NCBI GenBank assembly: GCA_002269645.1
Contig: NIVC01002029.1
Coordinates: 1 to 64,000 of the forward strand
DNA length: 64,000 nucleotides
Source of the DNA: Macrostomum lignano
Lineage: Eukaryota
Reading direction: 5' to 3'
Made by a program: the position numbers and the translations under genes. This document shows, piece by piece, positions 25,341 through 36,540 of the stretch (positions within the stretch are counted from its first letter, which is position 1; every line of letters starts with the position of its first letter). The notes below the pieces were generated by a model, which saw only the letters and a list, made by a program, of their open reading frames with translations, made no database searches and had not been told where the DNA came from.

Positions 25341-27903
25341 ATGGACACTGAAGAAGGATATTCAGACACGTCGCAGTCACGAGGCTTTGGTAAGCAAAGC
25401 ACAGCTTTTTGCTCAAAATTCTACATAATGGTACAAGTCTAGTTTAGTTTAGTGTAGTTTTAAAACTATATGCGAAGACACTGCTAACTAAGTAGCATGG
25501 TGAACATTCTCTATGACAGTTTCAATCAAATGAAACAAAAATTCAGGTACCTGGACTACAAGTGATCGCGATGCAGACTTTGGTTGGGTAGACGCCGTAA
25601 ACAGTAACAACCACATGCAGCCAAATCCAGAACCGCCTCGGGTCCAACCGACAGATGAAACAAAAAATGCGGCTGCAGCGCAAGCATCAACAACAGATAA
25701 TTCTCGTAAGCGCACAATAATTTTGTATTTATTCTTTAATAGGCCTTATTCCGTCCACAAATCTGCTTAAATTTCCAGAGAAAGTATCAAAAAAGTCCAA
25801 CATGACCATCAGTGAGGAGCGCAACGCCAAGATTCTGCCTATGAAAAAAAATCCGCTGTATAATGTTAATCTAGCAATTGAAAAACTCAACGAGTACCCG
25901 ATGTTAAAGGTCCGCAAGGAGGGCAAGTTGTATTTAAATATGAAGAGAATAGTAAATGAGAAACACCCCAGGGTCAGGAAGAACAAGAGAGGAGAGGTGA
26001 TACCAACCATTCGCGAAGAAAAGCTCGGTCCAATTGAAAGCGTTGTTAGTCGCTTCTGTCAAGACGTACTGTGCATCAGCCGGGCTGACACGTTACCGCT
26101 GTCATCTCAGGGCGAGCGCCACCTGATTTGGGTGAGCTCGATAAAGGCTAAGCACATCATCAATCATCTCAATGGCAACGGCTGCTACGTTGTCAACCGC
26201 TTTCCAGGCGGTGTGTTCTTAAAAGACAAGCAGGTAATGGGCACCACACTCAGAGAGTTCATGTTGGAGCGAAGAAACTACTGCATGAAGAGATGTGGCG
26301 CGAATGAGAAAACACCAGTAGATGATAGCGACGATGAGGATACCGGTGGAGTGACTTACCGGATCTGTACGCATATGGTTCAATCGATGCGAACCGACGA
26401 GGAAGGTTGTACCGATGAAGCTTGCTATAACTTTGGAAAGCAAGTCTGCAAGCACTTGGACATCTTCATCCCAGAGGTGCAGAGCTTCAGCTCATATAAC
26501 GCGCTGCAGGACTTTTCTAATCGGCTTGATGATGAACTAAAGGGACAGTTGTTTGTTTGCAAACCATCCTACCTTTACAAGGGTCTTGGTTTTCGATTCT
26601 TTCACAAGGTTGAGGACTTTCAGAAGTTCTACCATATGACTATCGGTAAAGAGACGTCCCGACATGACTTCCTGGTTCAACGTGTTATCAAAGATCCTTA
26701 CCTTTTCAATGGTCGCAAGGTGGACATTCGGGCATTTATGTTAATTATGACACTGCGCTATCGTCGAGTAGTAGCCTTCATTAATCCCGGCTTCTGTCGT
26801 GTGGCCTCAGCCGAGTACGAACCTTTCAATGGGCAGCCGAGCGACGAAGACCAAGAACCAGAAGAACCCGAAAACACAAAACCTATGACACCTCGGAAGA
26901 TGCGAGATCGCGAGGCCGAGGAACTTGATGAAAAGATGCAGATGCTTGCCTGCCCGTATCAGACAAAGCAGGAGAGAGCCGAAAGAGCCAGGCGTATGAG
27001 TGAGAATCAACTGTTCACCGATCGTGAAGATCGGTCTAAAGAACTTGATGAGGTTTTCAGAAGCGAATCGCTTCTTGAGAAGATTAAGGGACAGATCAAG
27101 CATATTGGAATGCGCTTAGCCTCTGCTATTGAAAGCAAAATCTGGGACGCTTATGGCTGCTACCAGATCTTCGGATTAGACTTATGTGTGGACGAAAATC
27201 ATAAAGTAAGGTCTTTTACTCGTAGTTTTAATAAGTAAATAATAGTTTATCAATTTCAAACAGGAAATCACAAGAACTGTTAGCTCATCAGCGTTTTATG
27301 GCTAAAACGCCCTTTCAGGTGTGGCTCCTCGAAGTAAACAGCCAAGCAATGAGCGAGGTGGATTTGTTGAGCCCAACCCAGCGCGTTGTAGTGCCCGCCG
27401 TGATCATGGAGTCCATAGGCCTGGTGGTTGAATGCATGTACAAGTCCAAGAATGGTCTGCGGCTGCGAAAAAGTCCGATAGACGAGTTCAAGGAGACCGG
27501 ATTCTTGTTCGCGCAAAACTTCACCATGGTTTTCTCCACACTTGTAAATATTGGTTGCTTAAACCACTTAAGCCTTGACTAATGTCCGTAACGTTTCATT
27601 ATCAGTAGCAAGCGGTCATACATAAGAAAATTAACTGTGGAGAACTATTGAAAAAAATTATTGAAACTTTCAAGCTTCAAGCCCTATCTGAAATTTCAGA
27701 AGCGGCGACGCACCGACTATCTGCCGCCAAGGAAGCCGCCACCCAGGGTGATTCCATTCTATCAGCGAGTGGATATGGTTGACCATATGATACGCCAAAC
27801 AGACCAGAGAAAGTTCGAGACCACGGAAATGCGTAGGAAAGTCTTAGCTGAGAAGGCGAACTATAAGAGCAAAGTCAAAGCTAAGGATGAAGAAGAGTCG
27901 TGA
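25341..27903 (+). CDS. Tubulin-tyrosine ligase-like (TTLL) ATP-grasp protein, divergent, most like TTLL10-type glycylases
   Basis: Exons 25341-25389, 25547-25705, 25743-27205, 27319-27543, 27700-27903 (all GT-AG and phase-compatible; last exon less certain, an alternative stop lies at 27582). TTL motifs: VNRFPG, FVCKP, VQRVIKDPYLFNGRKVDIRAFMLI, QIFGLDLCVDENHK|VWLLEVN. Confidence 0.88.
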
Positions 27904-29482
27904 ACAAGTGAGCATCAATGAGTTAATTCACTGAGCTCTTTGGGACGCAAGAGGCGAATCGTCCAAGCAGTGAATCCTTTAATCTTGACGCATTTTAGTT
28001 TCGCAAAGTTAATTTGAGTTTATTTTAATTTAAAAATCGCATTTCAGTGCGATTCAATATATAAACTCAACGTTCTGACCACGATTTTTGTGGCTTGACA
28101 TTGATTAGAAAATCTTAAACTTGTCGTTTAGAAATTTAATGCATCCTTTATTCGTTATGAAAGTGTTTAAATGGCAGTTATATAATGCTACCATGAGTAG
28201 GTCATTTCGATAGCGTGATTTGAAGTTGACAATGCTAGTAGTATAATTAGAATGTCCGATCAACTATACTCCTCTCTATAATTAATGCGATTGGATGTAG
28301 TTTAAAATAATTGATATCGGTATAATCAATCGAAACCCTATAACTTTCTGATGTTCCACGCCCGAAAATTCGGTTCCCATCAGAGACAGTAGAAAACGAG
28401 GCTACGATCCCAGGATCTGTTACGTCACAGTGCTCCCTGTAAGTGTATGAGCACTTGCCGAAGATAGAAATGGAAATTTCCGACTTTAAAACTCTAAATA
28501 CCACTTGAAGCCAGCATGTGTTCGGTCCGAGACGGTTATTGCAAGCCTATGGACGTTGATTTTGGGAAAATGTACTTTCTGGCAGGCTTGCTCGTAAAAA
28601 TGCAGCTTTTCCTATCTCTTCGATGCGTTTTTTTCTCAGCTAAATTGTCTGAGAAGTCTTGCTTGCTTCCGGTCAGAAAGATTGGAAAGGAACTAAGAGC
28701 TATATTTCAACTGAAGCTCAAATCAATAAAATACAAACTGTAATCAACTTTGTAAGTACGCGGGTGTATATTGCAACTTCAGCCGATGAGAAGCTGCCAA
28801 TTTCGTAGAGAAAAATAAAATTCCAGAACCTTTGAACTCCAACCTCTCAGCTTCTTGAGCGTATCGCCTATCTCTTACTAATATATATATCCTTTATCTC
28901 TCCCACGCCCACAAGCTAAACTATCAATCCAGATCCTAGTTTCTGACGATCCTCCTTTTTCAAAGCCATGTGTTTTTAGATATCTGCCTTCATCTCACAC
29001 AATGGGAGCCCACCCCTGACTTCTCTCTAAGCGTTTTTTTCCTGAAAAAGATGGGCTAATTATTCTAACGACAGCCTCACGCAATTTTCATTATCAAAGA
29101 GCTTCTGATGGGGCATGCTGCGCTAAAAAAGCATTTTTTCCTTCCATTGTTGAGTGGCTTTTATCATCTCTGCTTCCCTTTCGGTGAAATGTCTTTGGGG
29201 TAAAAAAAGAAGTTCAATGAGAAAGTAGGTTGCTAATCGGAGCAACCTTTTTGCTTTGCTGCCGACCAAAGCGCTTCAGCCAAGTTTTAATCTATGCTCA
29301 AAGCAAAGCAACCATCAACCAAAATCTCCAACTTTTATCCAATACCTGTCAATAGGGAAATTGGAGGAAGCTTGGAAAACACTTTGAATTATCCAATGAC
29401 TTCTGTTGTATAAGCATGGGCTTATTACTGGCAGGGGCGTCATCATGGATGATGGTGGCTGAAAAGCCAAGAATTCTACATG

Positions 29483-29788
29483 TACTCATTTTGGCGCCTC
29501 AGGCACTCATTTTGGCGCCTCAGGCACTCATTTTGGCGCCTCAGGCACTCCTTTTGGCGCCGCAGGCACTCCTTTTGGCGCCGCGGGCACTCATTTTGGC
29601 GCTGCAGGCACTCATTTTGGCGCCGCAGGCACTCCTTTTGGCGCCGCGGGCACTCATTTTGATGTCGCGGGCACTCATTTTGGCGCCGCAGGCACTCATT
29701 TTGACGTCGCGGGCACTCCTTTTGGCGCCGCGGGCACTCATTTTGGCGCCGTGGGCACTCCTTTTGGCGCCGCGGGCACTCATTTTTA
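29483..29788. repeat. Minisatellite, 21-bp unit GCACTCATTTTGGCGCCGCAG
   Basis: About 14 tandem units. Confidence 0.95.
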
Positions 29789-30959
29789 CGCCCTGAAGCA
29801 AAACTATTGATTTCCTCAACTGGTCACAAGGGAGGGGTGACGAACCTCATCTTCCGACCTCATACGAGAAGTTGAATTTAAATCCAGAATGTATTCGATT
29901 TAATGGCGACTCAAATGTCAAACAGTTAAACAAATAAAATGATACTATTATGAAAGTCTCAATAAAAGAGATTATAACGCGTTATCAAAAACTAATTTGA
30001 ATTTTGATTATTTCTTTCTTGAATTTTGAAAAATGCCTGTTTCACGTGTGCTCTTTGAGAGTTTCTGAAGGTGTGAAAAGTTGATTATCTCGTGCCAAAG
30101 CACCAATTAGAGTCTTGCATAAATTTTCCCATAACTTTGGCGTGCTATAAGTCTTCTTTATTGCCAGAAATTCTTGAAGGCCTGTTATCATGTGTTTGCC
30201 AGGCTTTTATCGGAGATCCAGCAGCGAGTCAGCTTCTTCTAGGGGCGGGATTAGGCAGCTATGACCCGGCGCGGTTCCGGGCCAGATGGTAGCCCCTGAA
30301 TTCTGCAGTGCTGCGCAGGGATATCTGCAAACTTCCAATCTGAAAGCTTTGGAGCTTTAAAGTTTGTTTTTGCTGTGTACTTTTCCTTCTTTTATTCCTG
30401 GCGTGGCAGGTTAGCTCGCCTCGGTAAATATTTTGAAGAAGGGTCGAGATGCTACGAGAGATCTGCATGTTGTGGAGATTGCAACAAACCGAATAGCAGG
30501 AATTTTTTTTTATTTTTGTGAATTTAGCATAGACCTAATTAGCCTTAGGGCTACTGGGGAGGCAATTACATGAGCTCGGACAAAATTACCTGTAGTGGGG
30601 ACGAAAACTCCCCAATTCAATATCTGACGGTTTCAAGGATTTCCAATGAAAATTTCTCACCAGGAGGTAACATTAGGCGCAGAAACAAACGATCAAAAAA
30701 GATGATTAGATTTTACAAAATTTGATTAATACTTTATAAACGAGTCTAGTATTGAATAAGTAATCAACAGCTAAAAAAATGTAATCTGATAAATTGTGAC
30801 TTCGAATATAGTATGTTTCTTAAGTATAACATTATTTGCTCCATACTTTTGAGTATTTACAACGAAGCAGATAGAGTAGCATCTCAGTCTTAATGGAAGA
30901 ATGGCGAGGAATGGCGGTGAGAGTCTCGAAGTGAAGAAGCGATTCTTTGGTTTGAGTCC

Positions 30960-32375
30960 TCACACTGAGGTGAGCCGGTACCCGACGCAGTCGCGGTACT
31001 TTCTCTCGCGTCGCCTTCGGGAGGCGCTGCTGCCGCTGCCGCCACTGTCGCAGCCGGACGAAGTCCAGCGCTGGTCTCCAACTGAGCGCGGACCCCGCAG
31101 AGGGCGCAGCTCCTCCGAAGCCGCTCCGACAATTTCGTCACTGTCGTCATAGTCGATCGCCTCCAGGGACGGCGGCGGCGGCGGCTGCTGCCGAGGCGCC
31201 CGATGCTGTATCGGAGGCGGCGTGAGCGGGGGCGTTACCGGCAGCGGGGCTCGCTCCGGACGGAACTTGTACTGCGCCACCGCCTTGCCCGAGCTGGCCG
31301 GGGTCGAGCAGCAAACGAACAGTCTGCGCTGCAGCTCCTGGCGGAATCGGTGACCGAGCACGAAGTAAAATATCCAATTGGTGGCGTTGTTCGTGTACAT
31401 GAGCACGGCGAACACTCGTTCGGCTATTTTCAGTGCAGCGGCGTGCGCCGGACCTCCGCGCTGGAGATCGGCGCGCCGCTCCGTAGCGTAGATCAAGTAG
31501 AGCTCATAGGGCAGCGCGAACAGCAGGAAGGTGGAGTTCATGCCGATCAGGGCGATGGAAATCCGACGCTGCTGCTGGCTTAGGCGGGCCTGGTCGGTCG
31601 GGAAGGTGCGCTTGAACCGGTGCAGGCTGTACATGATTCCCGCCGAGCTGACCGCCAGGCACACGGCCGGGAAGAACACCCGGAGCACCAGGGTGCTGTA
31701 GAAATAGTAGGGCGACTTCCATTTCTGAGCGCACACGCCGCCGCTACCGCCGCCGCCGCCAGTGCCGTTGTTTGCTTCGCTGCGCTCGTAGTACTTGACG
31801 GAACTGGTGACGGCCGCCACGGCCAGCACGATTGGCACAGCCAGCGTCACCGCCAGGGCCCGCTTGGAGGCGGCGTAGTTCAGCCGGCGTCGGCAGGCCA
31901 GCGGCATCACGGCGCTCAGACATCGGGTGAGACTGATGCCCACCTGCACCCAGCTGGAGGCGATGAGGCCATAGTACTGCAGGATGGTCAGGCCGTAGCA
32001 GGCCGGCGCGTTCCAGCTTCGAGGATCGTAGCTGCCAACCGTGGCAGTCGGCGACAATTCGGCTTTGACAATGGCTCGCACAATGTTCAGGTACATGATT
32101 GGCAGGCCCACTGACAGTACGCACAGGTCGGTAAGGCTGAGCGCGATGAACCAGGGCCGGGCCTCCTTCTGCGTGCTGCCGCGCCGGAGCAGCACGGTGA
32201 CGCACACGATCGTGCCCGCGCAGCCGGACACGTACAGCAGCGGGACTAGCCAGGCGAACAGGTACTTGTACACCGCGGCCAGCAGCTCCAGTGCGGCCGC
32301 CTCTTTGGCCGCGTCACTGTCGACGTCTACCGTTGAATTGCCACCGTTCATCAAACTGGCAGCGGTTACCGGCAT
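30960..32375 (-). CDS. Intronless rhodopsin-class (class A) GPCR, peptide-receptor-like orphan
   Basis: Seven hydrophobic segments. TM2 LSLTDL, TM3 C...SSWVQVGISLTRCLSAVMPL, TM6 FLLFALPY, TM7 YTNNATNWIFYFVLGHRFRQEL. N-terminal NST sequon. Start chosen at the ATG at 32375 (MPVTAA...); the open frame extends to 32609. Confidence 0.93.
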   Translation of the reverse strand: MPVTAASLMNGGNSTVDVDSDAAKEAAALELLAAVYKYLFAWLVPLLYVSGCAGTIVCVTVLLRRGSTQKEARPWFIALSLTDLCVLSVGLPIMYLNIVRAIVKAELSPTATVGSYDPRSWNAPACYGLTILQYYGLIASSWVQVGISLTRCLSAVMPLACRRRLNYAASKRALAVTLAVPIVLAVAAVTSSVKYYERSEANNGTGGGGGSGGVCAQKWKSPYYFYSTLVLRVFFPAVCLAVSSAGIMYSLHRFKRTFPTDQARLSQQQRRISIALIGMNSTFLLFALPYELYLIYATERRADLQRGGPAHAAALKIAERVFAVLMYTNNATNWIFYFVLGHRFRQELQRRLFVCCSTPASSGKAVAQYKFRPERAPLPVTPPLTPPPIQHRAPRQQPPPPPSLEAIDYDDSDEIVGAASEELRPLRGPRSVGDQRWTSSGCDSGGSGSSASRRRRERKYRDCVGYRLTSV

Positions 32376-32901
32376 CTTTTGGAGCGACTTTTTTCGTCTG
32401 TTTTTTTCTCTGAGTCTTTGAAGTATTCGGCGTGGGTGGCAGGAGGATGCGGGCCATGGGGGCGCCCACTTTTGAATCTTATCTCTGGCCATCGCTTGAG
32501 TCCAGAGCGAGTGGTAGGCTGATTCGCTCGCAACTAGCTGTCCAATCTCGGGGACTGGGGGGCTGCGTGGGATTTGCTCCCACGAGGGATCGGGGATGAG
32601 AGTAGCCATGAAATCCTCATTTTAAATCCCCGCAGAGTACAGGAGGCTGGGGAATATGTAGAGTATTCGAGAACTACTATGCATCGACTCACTCCATCAT
32701 TGTCAATATCTCGGTCCGTGCAGCAGACAAAACTCCCTGGACTGTCATGTCTTCTGGTTAAAGGAATAACGAAAATCCGCGTTATTAATTTGCATCGCGG
32801 GTTTCCGTCTGCTGGGAATTATTTTTTTGGCAAACGGGAATTATTAGAAACACGAAATTAGTATTGACTTTTTTGCCGTGATCCACCCGACACCAAGGAG
32901 G

Positions 32902-33345
32902 CTAGCGGTGACGCACAGCAGGGTGGAGGGTAGCGGTGACCCACAGCAGGGTGGAGGGTAGCGGTGACCCACAGCAGGGTGGAGGGTAGCGGTGACCCAC
33001 AGCAGGGTGGAGGGTAGCGGTGACCCACAGCAGGGTGGAGGCTAGCGGTGACGCACAGCAGGGTGGAGGGTAGCGGTGACCCACAGCAGGGTGGAGGGTA
33101 GCGGTGACCCACAGCAGGGTGGAGGGTAGCGGTGATCCCCGGGCGGGTAAAGTAGAGGGTAGCTCAGTGATCCCCGGGCGGGTAGGGTGGAGGATAGCGG
33201 TGATCCCTGGGCGGGTAAAGTGGAGGGTAGTGGTGATCCCCGGGCGGGTAGGGTGGAGGGTAGCTCAGTGATCCCCGGGGGGTAGGGCGGAGGGTAGCTC
33301 AGTGATCCCCGGGCGGGTAAGGCGGAGGGTACTGAGGTGACCTAC
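32902..33345. repeat. Minisatellite, 28-bp unit AGCGGTGACCCACAGCAGGGTGGAGGGT, grading into a diverged variant
   Basis: Tandem units visible; the variant after ~33130 has ATCCCCGGGCGGGTA. Confidence 0.9.
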
Positions 33346-33911
33346 AGCGGGCAGGGTTAAGGCGGAGAACATGGCATGAAGGCAAAGTATCGCTCAGTTC
33401 TTATTTCCCCCAACTCTTTGCCAAGGGAAGTTACTTTTCCGGAAATTCGCCAGAGCAAAAACAGACCAGACTCTGCTCGCATCCGGAGTTCAAGAATAAA
33501 TTATAAAGCTGAGAACAGTAGCCTGTGCAGACTGTGAACTTTTATGGCTCAAGTCTGTTCGGCGCCTTCATCTCTACTTGGAATGCAAATGCTGTGACGG
33601 CGTGCATAAATCAGCTCCCCCACTGATGCTGTCGACCCTGAATCCGCTTCTCCATGTCGCTTGTGAGCTTTGAGTCGCAGAGTCAGAGATTCTCTCTTGT
33701 CAGCGAGATTGGATTTTGCACTCCCAATATCCCCCTTGTACCCGTCGCATTATCATGCTTTCCTTCGCTATCCCCTCCGGTTTAATTAGGCCTAAGGGCT
33801 ATTGCATGTTCGATATGCCCCTCTCTCCCGACCCCCTCCATGTGTATTTTAGATGGTGCAGCTGCATATTGGAAAAAGTTTTCGATTTTCGATTTCGAGG
33901 ATGGCAGAAGG

Positions 33912-34676
33912 GAATAGAATAGAATAGAATAGAATAGAATAGAATAGAATAGAATAGAATAGAATAGAATAGAATAGAATAGAATAGAATAGAATAGAAT
34001 AGAATAGAATAGAATAGAATAGAATAGAATAGAATAGAATAGAATAGAATAGAATAGAATAGAATAGAATAGAATAGAATAGAATAGAATAGAATAGAAT
34101 AGAATAGAATAGAATAGAATAGAATAGAATAGAATAGAATAGAATAGAATAGAATAGAATAGAATAGAATAGAATAGAATAGAATAGAATAGAATAGAAT
34201 AGAATAGAATAGAATAGAATAGAATAGAATAGAATAGAATAGAATAGAATAGAATAGAATAGAATAGAATAGAATAGAATAGAATAGAATAGAATAGAAT
34301 AGAATAGAATAGAATAGAATAGAATAGAATAGAATAGAATAGAATAGAATAGAATAGAATAGAATAGAATAGAATAGAATAGAATAGAATAGAATAGAAT
34401 AGAATAGAATAGAATAGAATAGAATAGAATAGAATAGAATAGAATAGAATAGAATAGAATAGAATAGAATAGAATAGAATAGAATAGAATAGAATAGAAT
34501 AGAATAGAATAGAATAGAATAGAATAGAATAGAATAGAATAGAATAGAATAGAATAGAATAGAATAGAATAGAATAGAATAGAATAGAATAGAATAGAAT
34601 AGAATAGAATAGAATAGAATAGAATAGAATAGAATAGAATAGAATAGAATAGAATAGAATAGAATAGAATAGAATA
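33912..34676. repeat. (GAATA)n pentamer microsatellite
   Basis: About 150 perfect units; explains the FYSIL-type ORFs. Confidence 0.99.
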
Positions 34677-34714
34677 TATAATAGAGAAAGAGAAATTGTG
34701 TTGTGAGAAAGAAG

Positions 34715-34910
34715 TACAGAGTGGGATAAGTACAAAGTGAGATAAGTACAGAGTGGGATAAGTACAGAGTGAGATAAGTAAATAGTGAGATAAGTACAGA
34801 GTGAGATAAGTACAGAGTGAGATAAGTAAACAGTGAGATAAGTACAGAGTGAGATAAGTACAGAGTGAGATAAGTAAACAGTGAGATAAGTACAGAGTGA
34901 GATAAGTACA
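34715..34910. repeat. 16-bp tandem GTACAGAGTGAGATAA
   Basis: About 12 units. Confidence 0.9.
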
Positions 34911-35689
34911 AAGAGAATGAGAAGAAGGCTGAGGGGTGAGAGAGTGGGCAGTGCAAGAGAAGCGTGAGGGCGAGCGCGCATCCTGTGTGCCAGTTTGGAA
35001 GAAAGCTTTGAGAGCAGCCGAGCGTTACTTCCGTAGCTAATCCTGGACTCAAAAGGATCCGAGTAAACAAATCTGATCCGGTGTCGCTCTCCTTACCAAT
35101 TATCAGAACTCGCAGTCAGAACTGGATTCTGCCTCCTTTTGATCACCTGACTCCGCGTTGCTGCTCTTGTCAGGCTAAATACTTCCTTAGGGGCGTCTTA
35201 GTAGAGTAATTAGCTAATTATATGCTTCAGGTGAGTTACGAGAATAGCCTAAATTGCTGTTGGAGTGCCTCTAAACCTTAAGAGTTTACGAGTAAGATGT
35301 AAGAGTCCAGCCCGAAGCCTGGCGTCACTTCGGGCTGAAAACTGAACAAACGTTTATCATGTGGAAACTCCATAAACATGTTGCTGAGTGCATGCATATC
35401 AAAAAGCTCAAATTGAATTGTAATTCTGACTACTAGGAAAATTTTTTGAAATAATAATTTCACGAATTGGCTAATTAAATCTGAGCGACAAAATGTGAAA
35501 AAGGGAGAGGGAAATGATGGGCGCCAGTGATGGTAGATGCTATCAATAAATATGATGATTTGGGAGAGAAAACAGTTGCGTGGGAGAGAGGAAGAGGGAG
35601 TAGAGTAGGGAGGAGAGGGAGGGGAAGGAGAGTAGAGAGATGGAGAGGGGTGAAGGAGAGTATGGAGAAGGATAGGGAGGTGAAGTAGA

Positions 35690-36540
35690 GTAGGGAGAAG
35701 GAGAGGGAGGGGAAGCAGAGTAGGGAGAAGGAGAGGGGGCAGTAGAGTAGGGAGAAGGAGACGAATTAGAGTAGCGAGAAGGAGAGGAAGTAGAGTAGGG
35801 AGAAGGAGAGGGGGCAGTAGAGTAGGGAGAAGGAGACGAATTAGAGTAGCGAGAAGGAGAGGAAGTAGAGTAGGGAGAAGGAGAGGAAGTAGAGTAGGGA
35901 GAAGGAGAGGAAGTAGAGTAGGGAGAAGGAGAGGGGGCAGTAGAGTAGGGAGAAGGAGACGAATTAGAGTAGCGAGAAGTAGAGGAAGTAGAGTAGGGAG
36001 AAGGAGACGAAGTAGAGTAGGGAGAAGGAGAGGAAGTAGAGTAGGGAGAAGGAGAGGGGGCAGTAGAGTAGGGAGAAGGAGACGAATTAGAGTAGCGAGA
36101 AGGAGAGGAAGTAGAGTAGGGAGAAGGAGAGGAAGTAGAGTAGGGAGAAGGAGAGGGGGTAGTAGAGTAGGGAGAAGGAGAGGAAGTAGAGTAGGGAGAA
36201 GGAGAGGAAGTAGAGTAGGGAGAAGGAGAGGAAGTAGAGTAGGGAGAAGGAGAGGAAGTAGAGTACGGAGAAGGAGAGGAAGTAGAGTAGGGAGAAGGAG
36301 AGGAAGTAGAGTAGGGAGAAGGAGAGGAAGTAGAGTAGGGAGAAGGAGAGGTAGTAGAGTAGGGAGAAGGAGAGGGGGGTAGTAGAGTAGGGAGAAGGAG
36401 AGGAAGTAGAGTAGGGAGAAGGAGAGGAAGTAGAGTAGGGAGAAGGAGAGGAAGTAGAGTAGGGAGAAGGAGAGGAAGTAGAGTAGGGAGAAGGAGAGGA
36501 AGTAGAGTAGGGAGAAGGAGAGGAAGTAGAGTAGGGAGAA
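35690..36540. repeat. Purine-rich minisatellite, ~24-bp unit GTAGAGTAGGGAGAAGGAGAGGAA
   Basis: Tandem units visible; explains the SSPSPYST ORF. Confidence 0.95.

Noticed and set aside
31147-32421. Several ORFs overlapping the GPCR on both strands
   Set aside because: Shadow ORFs from GC-rich codon usage; the same applies to those overlapping the DEG/ENaC exon and gag-pol.
33782-35070. 399- and 423-aa FYSIL-repeat ORFs
   Set aside because: Translation of the (GAATA)n microsatellite.
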